Shown: positions 50,961-63,620, counted from the stretch's first letter. The stretch: DNA of 64,000 nucleotides from Phallusia mammillata (GCA_965637545.1 OZ281500.1:23436001-23500000), one strand, 5' to 3'. Notes: a model not told the origin generated them from the letters alone. Made by a program: numbers and translations.

Positions 50961-53900
50961 TGGAGCCACCGGCAGCCGTTTCCTATCATGCGTAAATCAA
51001 CAATCCAAGTTTGAAGAGCTTTTACCTTGACTGGTGTCGCTGAGAAATTGATGCGGTAACGAACTTCAATGACTTCGCCACGTTTTTGTACACATTTTTG
51101 CGTGGGTTGTTTTGATAACGAATCGTTGGCTTGAGATACTTGAAGGCCACAAACAGTTAAAGTGGAAACGCAATATTTTGTTGAGTTTTGCGGTTTGGTT
51201 TTTCAGGGAAAGGTTTTTGGTGGCCTATACCGACATGTTTGTTGTTAAGATTTTGTGTTTTGATCCCTGATAGTTCACTGGCAATTTTTGCGGCATGCAC
51301 ATGTTTTACAATGAAAACAAAGCATAGCCTGGAAGGCGCGCATTGATAATAAAACTAATTTTCAAGATGTTTAAAGTTTGAAATTGGAACCAAAAACTTT
51401 GATTTAGAATAATACATTTACTAGTTAGAAGTACGCAAAAAGTTGCAAAAGTTGTTTCAGCTTTGTTGACACAACTAGCTGTCGTTGGTAAAATACGAAA
51501 CTTGTGATGTGGTCGACAATAAAAAAGGCGGTGTAGTCTTCTGGTGTATTTTTTAGCAACGAATCAGATGAAAAATGGAAAAATCGTACTAAGCAGTTGA
51601 TTCAAAATCATTACCACAGAAAGCTCACAATTTCGGCTCCGTTGTTGATTTTGACCTGATGTGATAAACGACGTTGATCAATAGTTTAGGGTGGTAAATT
51701 ACAAACGCACACAATCAACCCGCAAGACCTCTTCAGTTTTTTCTCAGTAATACGGTTCACTGCTACAACAAACCGCATTTCAGGAAATCACGTTTAACAA
51801 CAGACTGACAAAATGTGTGTCACCAAACTCCTTGCAACGTTGCTGACAGTTGCAGACTTTTCAACTAGTCTCAGTGCCCAGACTGGTGATACTTAGAAAC
51901 ACTGTTGAAGCGAACTGCAATTTAATGTGTTCACTAATTTTTTTTAACAGTTTTGTTTATAGTTCAGCTGGTTTAGTAAGTTTTTGTCTGGAAGATTTAG
52001 GGATCTATGAAAGATAAAGTGTTTTCGTTTTAGAGAATTTTTTCCTAATAGTTTGTCTAGTTTTGGTTGGAGGGATATTTGTCAGGAAAATCTTTTCAAT
52101 ATTTGACAATTCTTTATCTGATAAGAGATGTCTCATAGGAAATGATTCGACAAGGTATGCGTGTCGTCACTTTTTTGTCCATTTTATTAGCGGTTTTTGA
52201 AGCTCAATTCAAAATATCGTTAACTGTTTGTTTATAGCGTTTGAGAATTTTACCCTTTGAGCAAAATAATGTTTCCGGCGTGTCAATTTAAAAATGTACG
52301 ACGGTATAGGCAATGTTTCATGAAATAACTGTCTTGCACTAAGGATAACAGCAGAGATTGTTGAAATGTCTAAATTGCAAAATATTCAATATAATAAAGA
52401 TTACTGGCAGTAATGTTGTCATTCAAGCTGTTTTACAAATCCACTATTGCCAATTTCGAAAATGTGATTATAGTTTATCATTGGCTCCATACATAAACGA
52501 AAAAATTAGTGGCAGTAATAAGAAACCAGATAAAAATGCAAAAAGGCAAATATAATAAAACAATATAGTTACAAATAATAATAAATTACCAACAAAGAGG
52601 TGACTATTTTTAAGTCATAGTCAAAAGTAATTCTTTTATTTGGATTTGTGTGCGTTTTCACTTCTCTAACGTGGAAAATAAACATTTGTGTGAGCAACCA
52701 TGCACAGCAGATCGAGCACAATTTTCCAACGGTTTCAGATCAGCTATGCAAAGGACGGAGAGACAGAACGTGACTGCGGTTACAAAATTTTCAGGTCCGG
52801 GTTTCTTAGTACAATTGTTGGTTCGACGCGAGACATAGAAGGTTTTTCGTCGAAAAGATAGAGAATGTTTATTCGTCCATGGTCAACTGCGAACTTGGCA
52901 CATTGAAAAGTCGATTTCGAAAGTTCTTTTGTCAACACATAGCACCGTTAGAGAGCTCTTGAAAGGAAAACTGTGTCTGTGTGAAACGTGTTGAAGATAT
53001 TGAGATTAAGAGCTACATAGAAATACGAGGAAAATGATATTCATTGTATTTAGATAAGTCTGTGGTTGGATTCATCTCAAAGGAAAAAAAGCATAAAGTT
53101 ATTTATACTACCTTGGACAAACGCAATAGCCTACTGTACGTAGTGAATATATCCATTGCAAACGTTGCAGAATCAGTGCAATTGCATTATTGCAAGTGTT
53201 GGTATTCCAAAAATAGTGTGTTTGGATGCTTTTACGTTTGGGGTAAACATTTTTTGTCTGGTATGAAAAAAATCAAAAATTTACGCATGTTACCTCATTT
53301 AAACGCATTACTATTGAAGAAGCTGTATATGCAGTAAATACATACCAGTGGAACAGCAAAATCAATGAACTTGAATTATAAAAAAAACTCTTAAAATAAG
53401 AAAACATTGTAAAATGTTGCTTGATAAAAGTTCAATTGCTAGATAACTTGCATGTAGTGAATGCATTTCGTCATAGACAGAGATTTTAAAAACCATTCAA
53501 TGAAAACAGTCAAGCATTAAAAGTTTAAAATTGCAAAAAGTTTTGGCAGGTATCATGCAACGTTATTGTTGTGATAAAACATGGTAAGGCGTTATAATGC
53601 CCCCGAGCAAATTGTTACAATAACAAACCCGATTGAAGCTGCACTATGGCGCTGCAAGTAAACGTTCGATCAAAGATTTTCGCCTTATCTTAAAAACTAC
53701 ATGTGACAAAGAATTCATTATGCGAGAATTTGAAAAAACAGCCGTTTTTGTTTATAAATCGTTCAACAAATTTACGACTTTGATTCCACTTCGAACTGGT
53801 ATGGAGGTTTGGAATAAGGCTACAACCGGGGGAAAACAGCAAACACTGAAACATTCTGGCAAAAAAGAAATATTTATTTAAGCTTTTAACCGGAGAAATT

Positions 53901-54877
53901 GCTATGAGCATAAGTGTGCCGGCTGTTCAATCTGTTTTCTGTGCGAAGTACTTGCAGAAAAAAGTCCCGATTAAATTTGTGTCAGTCAGGAGGACAGTGG
54001 CTATTTGTAGCACTTATTTGGTGGTACACAACAGAAAAACGTCAGATAAGGCTTTAATTGCTGGCGTTAAAGGGCGAAAGTCGTGCATTAACCGACCTTA
54101 AGGTTGACTGTGGCAGAAATAACTTACAGGAGCCTCAAGGCCAGATGTGTTAGAATGAGGAAGTTTAGATTTAGAGCATAATGTTTTCACTGAACACAAA
54201 TATTACATGCGATGGACAGGATAGGTCAGTTAGGCTACTTGAAAACCGCAATAGCACATCTGACTTAGATTAATGTCACAGAACGTATAAGTGAAGTTAA
54301 ACAGAAGATTAAACAACAACGAACAGAAGTATGTACTTTACAATACCTGGAATTGTTTAGAATTGATAATTTAGTATCTTAATCGCAAATCAATACACAG
54401 AATAATAAGCTGTTTAAATTTTTTGTAACAAACATAGATGCCCTTGGTATATCACTTACGAAACGTCGACAGAATACAGCATGTTGTTTTTCACAAATAC
54501 AGGGTCAGTATACATATCTGAGGTGACAAAGTGCTTTGTGCTGGAATATATATTTTGTACAATTATCTCTTCCTAAATATGTTGACAAAGTTCAGTTGAC
54601 AAGTGTTTTCCTGGCAGAAACGTAGTAATTTGGCGTTTATGTGTAATTTAAGACCTTAAAAAGAAAATTCCGAATCGAGAAATCAGAAAAACAACGAGTC
54701 ACACACTTGGGTTGTTTTTCATATAAGTGTTTATAACCGTGTTTTTTTTAATCACAAGTCCAATTTGAACAATAAAACATGTCGCTTTTTACGTATATTT
54801 GGGCCGTTATTTTCATCATTAAGTCCAATTTTATTTCTTCAAAGCAACTAAAAAACTGCTTTTATCTCGACAGTGCA

Positions 54878-54890
54878 TTTTTGCTTGCAG
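54878..54890 (+). promoter_or_regulatory. Strong 3' splice acceptor upstream of the receptor ATG (5'UTR intron or spliced-leader trans-splice site)
   Basis: tttttgcttgcag|G ends at 54890, 41 nt before the ATG of the signal peptide at 54932. Confidence 0.4.
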
Positions 54891-54931
54891 GAGTGTTAGG
54901 CTGTAAGTTTAAGCCTGCCCCAAATGCAAGC

Positions 54932-57900
54932 ATGCGAGGGTTTGTCGCGGTGATCGTGATTATATTTCTGGTTCTGCCGGAATCTACGCATGCCAAAGCA
55001 GGCAAAACTGCCTCGAAGAGTGGCCTCGTCGCTGCGGCAAAGAATGTGAGACAAGGGCAAAGCAGCTCATGTGAGTGAATTGAAACAAAGCAAACCTCCG
55101 TTAATCAGAACCTGATTGTACCAAAAAATTTGTCCGGATTAACTGATGTCGATTAGTTTAAGCCTGACCACTACAAATTATTTGTACCTCGAGTTTTGTC
55201 GGAGTTAGGCGCAAATCCGGATTAACCGATGTCGATTAGTGCAAGCCTTAACACATTACAAATCATTTGTATACCTCGAGTTTAGAGGTTTACTGTGCTT
55301 GGAAAAATATATGTATTGTAAAAATACACAAACAAAAAACAATAGGCCTGACATTAAGTATACTTGTGTTAGGCCCAAGGCTAACACTTAGGAAGTACCT
55401 ACTTAGTTGTAGCGATAACCATTTGTCTGGAGGTCGACATTTACATTTGAAAACAACAACACGAGCAAAAATCGTTTTTGGTTAGCTGAACTTGTCCATA
55501 CAAATGCAAGATTCACGGACCATGTAGAAATTTTAAGGCGAAGCCTATATTTAGTCACCTCATACCAATTTAAACAAAATTTACCTAAAAGCGATTTCCT
55601 ACATCCCCAAATGACAAAGAAACAAAAATATGTTAATATAATGAAGGACGACAATAGTTTTATTTATTCTTATGTTCAGCTCTAAAGGTTAGGCTTCAAC
55701 GCAAATATTACAATTTAAGTTATTTACAAATTTATCTTTTCCAAAAACACCTTAAATAATAAGAGTGTTAAGTTAACAACAGTTCAATATTTTTTAGCTG
55801 GCACTGGAGCAACAGCCGAGAGCAGGTCGACTGGATCTTACAGCAGACGCAACAGAACGAATACACCACTACAACAGTTGAAGGAAGATATTATGGACGG
55901 GTACGATGCAACCATGGCACCAGTCATCCACCATGAACAGAACGTCAACATACGAGTCGGAATTACTTATAGACAGGTCAGACTCAACCCAAGTTTGTGG
56001 TGTTTAAGTGAGTGAATTTAATCATGCAGTATTTAAAAGCTCTTTGTGGGACTGGCGTACTGTGATTTGTATGTAAGTGTGCCATGATAAACGGATCAAA
56101 TATGCCATCGTGTTCAAATTGATGTTATTGATCATTCTCACGGCCTAACAGGCCAGCAAACAGGCACCAATTCATTTAACTGTCACTGTATGAATAAAGC
56201 GCTAAAATTTCAGAGCTGAACAGCTGGGGACGTAATATCTAATAGTGACGTCATTGATTTCTGGGTTGTCACGTGATGTAAGAAAAGGCGTACTAAAGCG
56301 ATTACGCAAACCAGTTTGGTTGTAAAACCCTAACAGACAGAGAGAGTGGTACAAAGAAAATGAGAGCATACGTGACATGTAACTAATATTCAGTTTGCAA
56401 TTTCAGCTACCTGCATTTTAATTCGATTTGCAAACAAAACAAACAAGGCAGAACCGCGTGTTGTGGGTTGTACAAACAAACTGCTACATTTGTGACAACA
56501 GAAAAACGACGAAAACAGGTTGAGATTCGTAAACTGACACCAAGAAAACGGTAACTTTGCCCACGGCGCGGCCAGTTTGGCATCAAAAATGCATGATGAC
56601 ATTAAAAGGTCCAATTTGAAACAGCTTCCTCGCAAAAGGATCAAGTTTTACCACAAAGCGGTGCAAAGCGCTGAATAATTTATCAAAGGGCAACATTAAC
56701 GCGACCCAGTTAGGGTATTTTGAGGTTTTCCAAGCTTGAAAACAACTGAACTTCGCCCTCCACTAAAGATTTACGAACACAAAAGGGGAATTCTATTACA
56801 TAAGTTATGTTGTTACGTCATAAACCCGTCATAAAGGGTGCTTTTCGACATTACAATCCCAGAATTGCGTTGGAATTTGCAAAGTATGATTGACAGCACA
56901 AAGGATGACGTGGCCCACTTTTCCACGAACGCGTTTAAGGCATTTTAATAAGTAGCTGATCTAGACAACTTGCGGTGTAGCTCGGCGCCTTGTTGAGCAG
57001 ACAAGGTAAGGTAGATCAATTTTCTCTTGTGTATTGATAAGCAAGATAATCACTTGCAGTTAATTGAAACCGTTTTCAAGGGGACCTAAGATTATCATCT
57101 CCCGAGTCCGGACAAACAAATTAATATACATAAGAAAACAATGGCAGTTTCGGTATTCATTATGTTGTCGATCTATTTAAAAGAAGTGCCGACAAAAACG
57201 AAATGTTTTATCAAGGCATATTGACTTGCATTTTTATGGTTTATCAAAAGCGGAAAACTGATTGGTTTATTTTGGCAGGTTTTGGATTTGGATGAAAAGA
57301 ACCAAGTGCTGAAGAGTTTGATCTGGTTACGACTTGTCTGGAACGACATCCATTTCATGTGGGATCCAGCTGACTACGCTGGTTTGGACGAACGTAAGTT
57401 TATCAACAAGAAAACCACAAGAGCCATATGTGGGAATGTTTGGTGACCGGCTGATTCGGTGTGGCGCCTTAAAGGGGTCTGGCGTACTATGATTAATAAT
57501 TATATGAGTGTGCCGTGATCGCTGGTCTGCATGGGCGCTTCACAGGGCTGATCCCAGTTATGAATTTAAGTTCCTCTTGGTAAACCTAGAACAGCAAAGG
57601 GACGCCTACACTTCGATGAACGTAAATAGTAAAACGAATTGACAGAAAATTTAATCAAAGTTGCAAAAGTGTGAAAGTGTGAAAGTATTAACCTTTTAAA
57701 TGTTCATAGAAAATGATTTTTGAAAGCATTTTAAATACCGTCTTCCATGTCAACTATAAGGTTCACGCATCTTGCGGTCCAAAATAGTTGCATAATTTTG
57801 GACAGTGATTCTTATGCTATAAACTTAGCAAGCCCAGTGCGTTCTACTAAAAAAAAATCGCATGTCAAACTCTCATCAAATAACGACCGCGTGTCCCGTA

Positions 57901-60900
57901 CATAATCACGTGACAATATTTTCCCGTCTTTTTTATAGTGGAGATTCCCCACTCTTTGGTTTGGATGCCTGACATCGTGGTTTATGAGGAGATTGGGGTT
58001 CGATCCTACGCCCCTCGACTCACACACGTTAAAGTGAGGCACGATGGGACGGTTCAGTACCAGGAACCAACTTCTATTGAGACTTCGTGCAGCATCGATA
58101 CTGCTTACTTCCCATTCGATGTTCAGGTGAGACATAATGGGTTACAATAGGGACTTTTTTTCACATTAATATTTCGTTGTAATGTTTTATTGGGTTTGTT
58201 TTGTATGTTTTTTGTGTTTTTTTGTATTTCCTGCTTCCTTTAAATTTCTTGATAAATGTCTCAGCGCCCCAAAATGTGAACAAAAACCACTGTACGAAAG
58301 TACAAGTATCAAGAAAACCCATGTCTACAAGCTTGAAATCCAATTTGCACTGCTACTATTACAAGCACAGAAAATATCGAAAATTTAACGATTCTAGTTT
58401 CTCGTGCAAACAACCCTGTAATTTTGTTTTTCTTCAAACAAATGATTGGGCTGCGATTTACGATCCAGATGCAATTAAACAGAATATTCGATTAACTGAG
58501 ACGCAATTATTCTCGGGTTCAGATCTGTCGCATGACGTTCGTGTCCTGGTCGCAACCCGTGACCCACGTTGACCTTTCGAGCGACCGGGAGTCATGGAAA
58601 CTGTCACGTGACACAAAGTCGTATTTCATCAACACCGGCGAGTGGAAATTGGCGAAGATCGGCGTCAGGAAAGTGGTGAGATAAGAAACAAAACACTGAT
58701 ACTTTGGTGGCTAAGATGGATACATTCATAACTGGGATCAGACCCGAAGCGTCTATCTATGCAGACCAGCGATAACGGCACACTCATTCATAAATCATAG
58801 TATCCCAGCCCTATTAAAAGCGTATAGCCTGCGGTAGAATTCGAACCCACGACAGGAGTCTTTCCGGAAAATGCGCTCGTAGAGAAGTTTGACAAAAGTT
58901 TTGGGAGTATTAAACTTGGCAAATCTCTATATTTTTCCTTTAAAAAACGATTTTGAATTCGTTGGTTAAGAATCTAATTCATAATGCATTAAGCACTTAC
59001 AAAAATAAACCGCCCACCCAAACCACACACGACCTGCAACTTAATCCTCCAACATCAAAATATCGTCGTAAACTTGTCAACGTGCTCATCCGATTAACCG
59101 AAACATCTTTGCAGGTTCGAGATTACGGAGCGCTGGTGAACCGTAAAGCTAAAACATTGGATGAGCTTCAAGCGACACTCATGAATGGCACCGCCACTGA
59201 AAGGTGAGATGGAAAATGGTGTTGAACCAAAGAGAAACGAGCGCACAATGTTATAAACCGAAACGAAAACAGTATCCAGGGTGCAGACAGGGCACAATAT
59301 TTCTACCTATACTCCCAAAGTCATGTAGCCTATATGGACAATGCCTTGTCACTAGCTGTACTAATCAGACCTTACAAGTCGAAACAGTGTGTACTTCATT
59401 TAATGACTGAATGATTTAATCGGAAAAAAAACGAGAGGAGCACCTTCATGGCTTCAGCTACGATACAACACATTAAGAAATAGGGGGCTTGGTTATACAA
59501 CCACTTAACGAAATTGCCACGTTATACCTTTCCAACATGAATGATAACCAATAGTGTCCACTTTGTCAATGCATTTTTTAATGTACGTATTAAAGTCCAC
59601 ACATCATTCTCTTTCAACAATAATGAAGAGTTTTTTAACACGGTGAACAGATCTTCAATGAGAGTTTCGCGCTTGTCATGCGGCAAGCTATGTTCAAGGA
59701 AAACATAAATGAGTAACACACAAAAAAAGTCTCATTACTTAATTAACATGACCTCTAAGCGTTCGAAAAATACCACAAAAAATGGGCAGAAACGTTTTGG
59801 CCCAAAACTAACTTTGAAAAATCATTTTGGAACACGTACAAAATGTGACGGGTGCTGATCTATACTTAGTCACCACTAAACGTTCGAAAAACCTCCAGAG
59901 GCAATTTTCGCAGGTACATTCTACCCAAAACTGACTTAAAAAGTCTTACGTGTAGTTTGGATCATGTACAACGGGCGGGCGCTCTATGAGGTAGACCTAG
60001 TCTGTATCTTGAGAAGTGGCCAAATATTGAAAACTTAACGATGTTAGGAATATGATATTGATCCGAAACTCGATTAAAAATGCAACCTTGTCCCAATGCC
60101 AACACATTCGACTTTATTAACCTGTCAATCATTTGTAAGGCTGTGATAGCTATAGCAGATATTTGGCGGCGGACAATAAGAATAAACGCGTGCTGCTTTA
60201 CAAATAGACTGACAATGTAGTTTATCACACACACAGAAATTTTTTAGCCTTTAGTCCAAACCGAATCTTGAATTTTTGTGATACAGTAGACCTCGGTTAA
60301 TCCGGACCCGTTTGGATCCAAAAATTTGTCCAGATTGTGCGAAGACCTGGATTAACCGACGTCGGTTAGTTAAAGCTTTACCACATTACAAATCATTTGT
60401 ACCTCAAGTTTTGTCCAAATTAGAGGAAGATCCGCATTAACAGAATCCAGTTTTACCAAGGTTTACTCTATTATAGCTTTTTCGATACATATTGGTGTGT
60501 ATATTCGTTGGCAGTAGACCTTGATCTCAATAACTCAACACTATTTCGTTGTACTTAGTCCGACAAACGCTACAGATAGCCCAGAAGGCACAACAACGCA
60601 ATCTCCTATCACCGTCGGACCGCCAAAAGTTGAAAACATCATGGATTCACCAACACAACAAATAGAGACGATGTTACCTGGGAATCATACAGTCACAGAA
60701 AGCATGTATGCAGAGGTGAGACGGATTCTTCTAGACCCAGTGTGGATTGGGTTTTGTTTGAGTGCAGACAATACTTTTGGTAGCAGGATCGAAAATTTTG
60801 TATTTCAAATTTTCTTTTTTGGTCAAGCATAGAATTGAATTATATTTAAATACGACCGAGTATGCCTATACCGGCGATATATGTGTGTTTTGCAACAAAA

Positions 60901-63620
60901 AGTTTAGGTTGGATAAGCTTTTACCATTATTATTATTTTCCTTGGTAATTTGTTAATTCATCGGAGTGTTAGATAAAGTTTGTTAGTGTAAAGATAAATT
61001 CTATTTTGTCCATGACGAAGAATAGTTGCAAAGTTTTACAATGGAACAAGTCGTGTGTCCTATAAGCTTTCGGGAAGTCACTCTTTTTGTGATGTTACAC
61101 AGAGTTTTAAATGATTTTATGAGAAAACATTCAAATTAAAGTTCGACCTTCACAGGTGATCTTTACACTGGTGGTGAGGAGGAACTCATCTCTCTACATG
61201 CAGAGTATGCTCTTCCCAAGTATCATCCTAACCACTGTTGCTCTTCTCGGCTTCTACCTGCCTCCGGAGTCGGGAGAAAGGATCGGACTCCAGATCACAA
61301 TCCTCCTTACTTTTATGGTAAGCTACTAAAAAAGCTCTTACTTAAATGCTCCTGACCAAAAATGAGGTTTCTCAATACAATTGATGGCAGTTCCAATACG
61401 GACAATGCTTTCAGTACCGTATAACCTAGGGGTTCACGTACCCCGATGAGTAAAAAACATATTCCAAGTGGGGTGCAAAGATGCTTCATCACTTCAGTTA
61501 GAGAATAATAGTTTCGTTCCAGAAAGTACAGAAGAATTGGTATGTTAGTTTTTAGATGCAAAGCATTTGCACTTAATTTGTATTGAGAAAACATTTTAGC
61601 CTTGGTTGGCAAATGCCAAGGGGACAATGTAAATGTAAGCTGTTTTGAAACACTAAACGGACAAGAAAAGTAGCTCAAAAATAAAATTCCCAGAAAACTT
61701 GTGCACATATACATTGTAATGCGGACGTTTCAACAATCGCGTTTATCATGGTCAGTGTAGTGTTGAACTGAACTTATGCACATGGGGAAATTCCACACAA
61801 GTAAAACACGATAAACGGTGTGTCGCAGGTGTTTCTGCTTGCAGTGGGAGAAATGTTTCCCGCTTCAACCGGCCCCTACTTGGGAGTGTATTTCGTCATC
61901 TGCATGGGGTTACTCGGGGTCAACCTGGCTATGACGGTGATGGTGCTGCACATTCACTTTAAACCAGTCGTGAATAAACCCGAAGGAAAACGACAGAAAA
62001 CTTCCCCCAAGAAAACCAGAATGAAAAGGTGCGTAAAAATGAATGGTCGCGTGCGAAAGAATGAAACGGTTTCGCAAACGAGTATTGTGCAGTCAACCGT
62101 AGCAAAACGCATTGCTTTGTGCCAGTTGTCAAGACTAGATGATAAACTTAGGAAATATTTTACAGTCCATACGAAACCATTTTGAGCTCTGGTAATTCTT
62201 TTTTAATGAACTACTTTGAAATGAAGTAACTGTATATTATGAAGAGGCTGGTTGTATAAACTCTCTATTGTTTAAAACCGTATCGAATCTAGGTTTACTC
62301 TAACCCTAATCTAAAATAGATTTGCTTTAGCTGCAATAAATAATTCAAACTAGGGTTCTTAGTTTGGCAACGTTTTAAATTCAACAAGCAAATGTCTCAC
62401 AACAGTTACGCAGTCCAGCAAAAGACCAGTTTTAATTTGACATCTGATAAGAAAAGGAGTTCTTTGGCAAATGCAACTACCTATAGAAAAATACTGCTCT
62501 CAAAAATCTCAATATTTTCCATCAGATGCGCCGTCTCCTGTTGCGACAGCGACTTTAGCGGCGACGACGAAAGCTGCGTAAAAAAAACAAAGCGGAAAAA
62601 ACGGAACGGTTCCGCAATTCCGCGTCATTACCGGAAATTCCTTCAGTTCTGCGATCGATATTGGACACTAGGGGAGCGTGGTTCGCGCTGGATGCAACCT
62701 CTGACTGATGACGAAGACGATTACGACGATGATGACGTCATCTCCGGCTACGAATCGAACTCCAACGAATGCACGTGGTCGGATTCCCGGGAAATCGCGG
62801 GAACGGAGAAAGTCCCGGCGGATTTGCAGAAAAATTCCGAGGAAAAACGGGAAAGGAGTTTTTCCGCGATTCCCGATGTAAAGTTTATCAACGAAACTGG
62901 CAAGGATTCGATTGAAGAGAAACAGAAAAGGTTGGTGACAATTTGCTCCAGTATATAGAAGCACATGCCACCGGGTAAAGTAAAATACAGATTAAAAGAC
63001 GCACTAAAGCAGTTGAGAGCCAAGTCTACATATAAAGGGCAAAAAAGATTAATGCAGACTATGAAGTGAATAAATTGTTAGGTGACCTTTATAAACGCAA
63101 AAGTTTACCAGTCTTTACACTGCAGCTAAGGGAAACCCAAAATATACATAGATAGAACTTCGAATTGACCTTTCAACGCCTGTAAACAGTTGCAATATTT
63201 TATATAATCGTCAGGTGCTCTCATATTTCGTATGATAGACAGACAAAAACGACACATAAAAAGGTTCGCGAAAAAAGGATTCACAGAAAAAAATTAATAT
63301 TAACAATCGATAACTACCAATAGCGTAACTCAAATTTGCTTTATTCCAGCGCAAGCGTAATCAACCTCTCAGCGCCCGAACATTTGGCGGCAAATCACCA
63401 TAACAACGGACTCAACAGGGGAAAATCCACCGGATGTCTAGAAGTGCTCAACCGTGACGCCCGTAATCGGTCAAGCGGATCGATCGTTAGTCTCGCGGCA
63501 GAGAAAAAACAGAACCAGCAAAAGTACGAAAGCAAGAGCGACACCGAGCGATCAAACGTGTTGCGCCATCGAGTGTTGAATTCAATCACTAATATGAAGG
63601 GATTCACCAAAGTCGCTAAG
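54932..63620 (+). CDS. Cys-loop pentameric ligand-gated cation channel subunit (nicotinic acetylcholine receptor alpha7/9/10-like or 5-HT3-like; lacks vicinal Cys), 3' end (M4) off-window
   Basis: Exons 54932-55070, 55798-55976, 57279-57393, 57939-58126, 58523-58675, 59115-59203, 60559-60715, 61156-61317, 61829-62028, 62526-62930 and 63350-63620 are all GT-AG with consistent phases and give 686 codons without a stop. Features: signal peptide MRGFVAVIVIIFLVLPESTHA; LKEDIMDGY helix; DLDEKNQVL..WLRLVWND..F.WDP; loop A WMPDIVVYE; Cys-loop CSIDTAYFPFDVQIC (C-x13-C); loop B FVSWS; GEW; M1 LFPSIILTTVALLGFYLPPESGER; M2 IGLQITILLTFMVFLLAVGEMFP; M3 YFVICMGLLGVNLAMTVMVLHIH; long M3-M4 loop ending FTKVAK at a donor site. 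Confidence 0.92.
55086..55295. mobile_element. pogo/Tigger-like MITE, eroded copy with internal duplication
   Basis: aaacctccgttaatc...ccggattaac(t/c)gatgtcgattag twice...gaggtttactg. Confidence 0.65.
57420..57585 (+). mobile_element. Family T repeat, 3' body and terminus
   Basis: gggaatgtttggtgaccggctgattcggt...gctggtctgcat...gctgatcccagttatgaatttaagttcc. Confidence 0.75.
58712..58880 (-). mobile_element. Family T repeat, internally deleted copy
   Basis: taagatggatacattcataactgggatcagacccgaagcgtc...agcctgcggtagaattcgaacccacgacaggagtctttccgg. Confidence 0.75.
60284..60468. mobile_element. pogo/Tigger-like MITE (TA TSD)
   Basis: ta-CAGTAGACCTCGGTTAATCCGGA...TTACCAAGGTTTACTC-ta. Confidence 0.7.

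Noticed and set aside
52700-54070. piggyBac transposase relic (QLTMDE, SGIKV and LIGT-like fragments on the minus strand)
   Set aside because: The fragments occur in the reverse of the piggyBac motif order and are short; likely chance.
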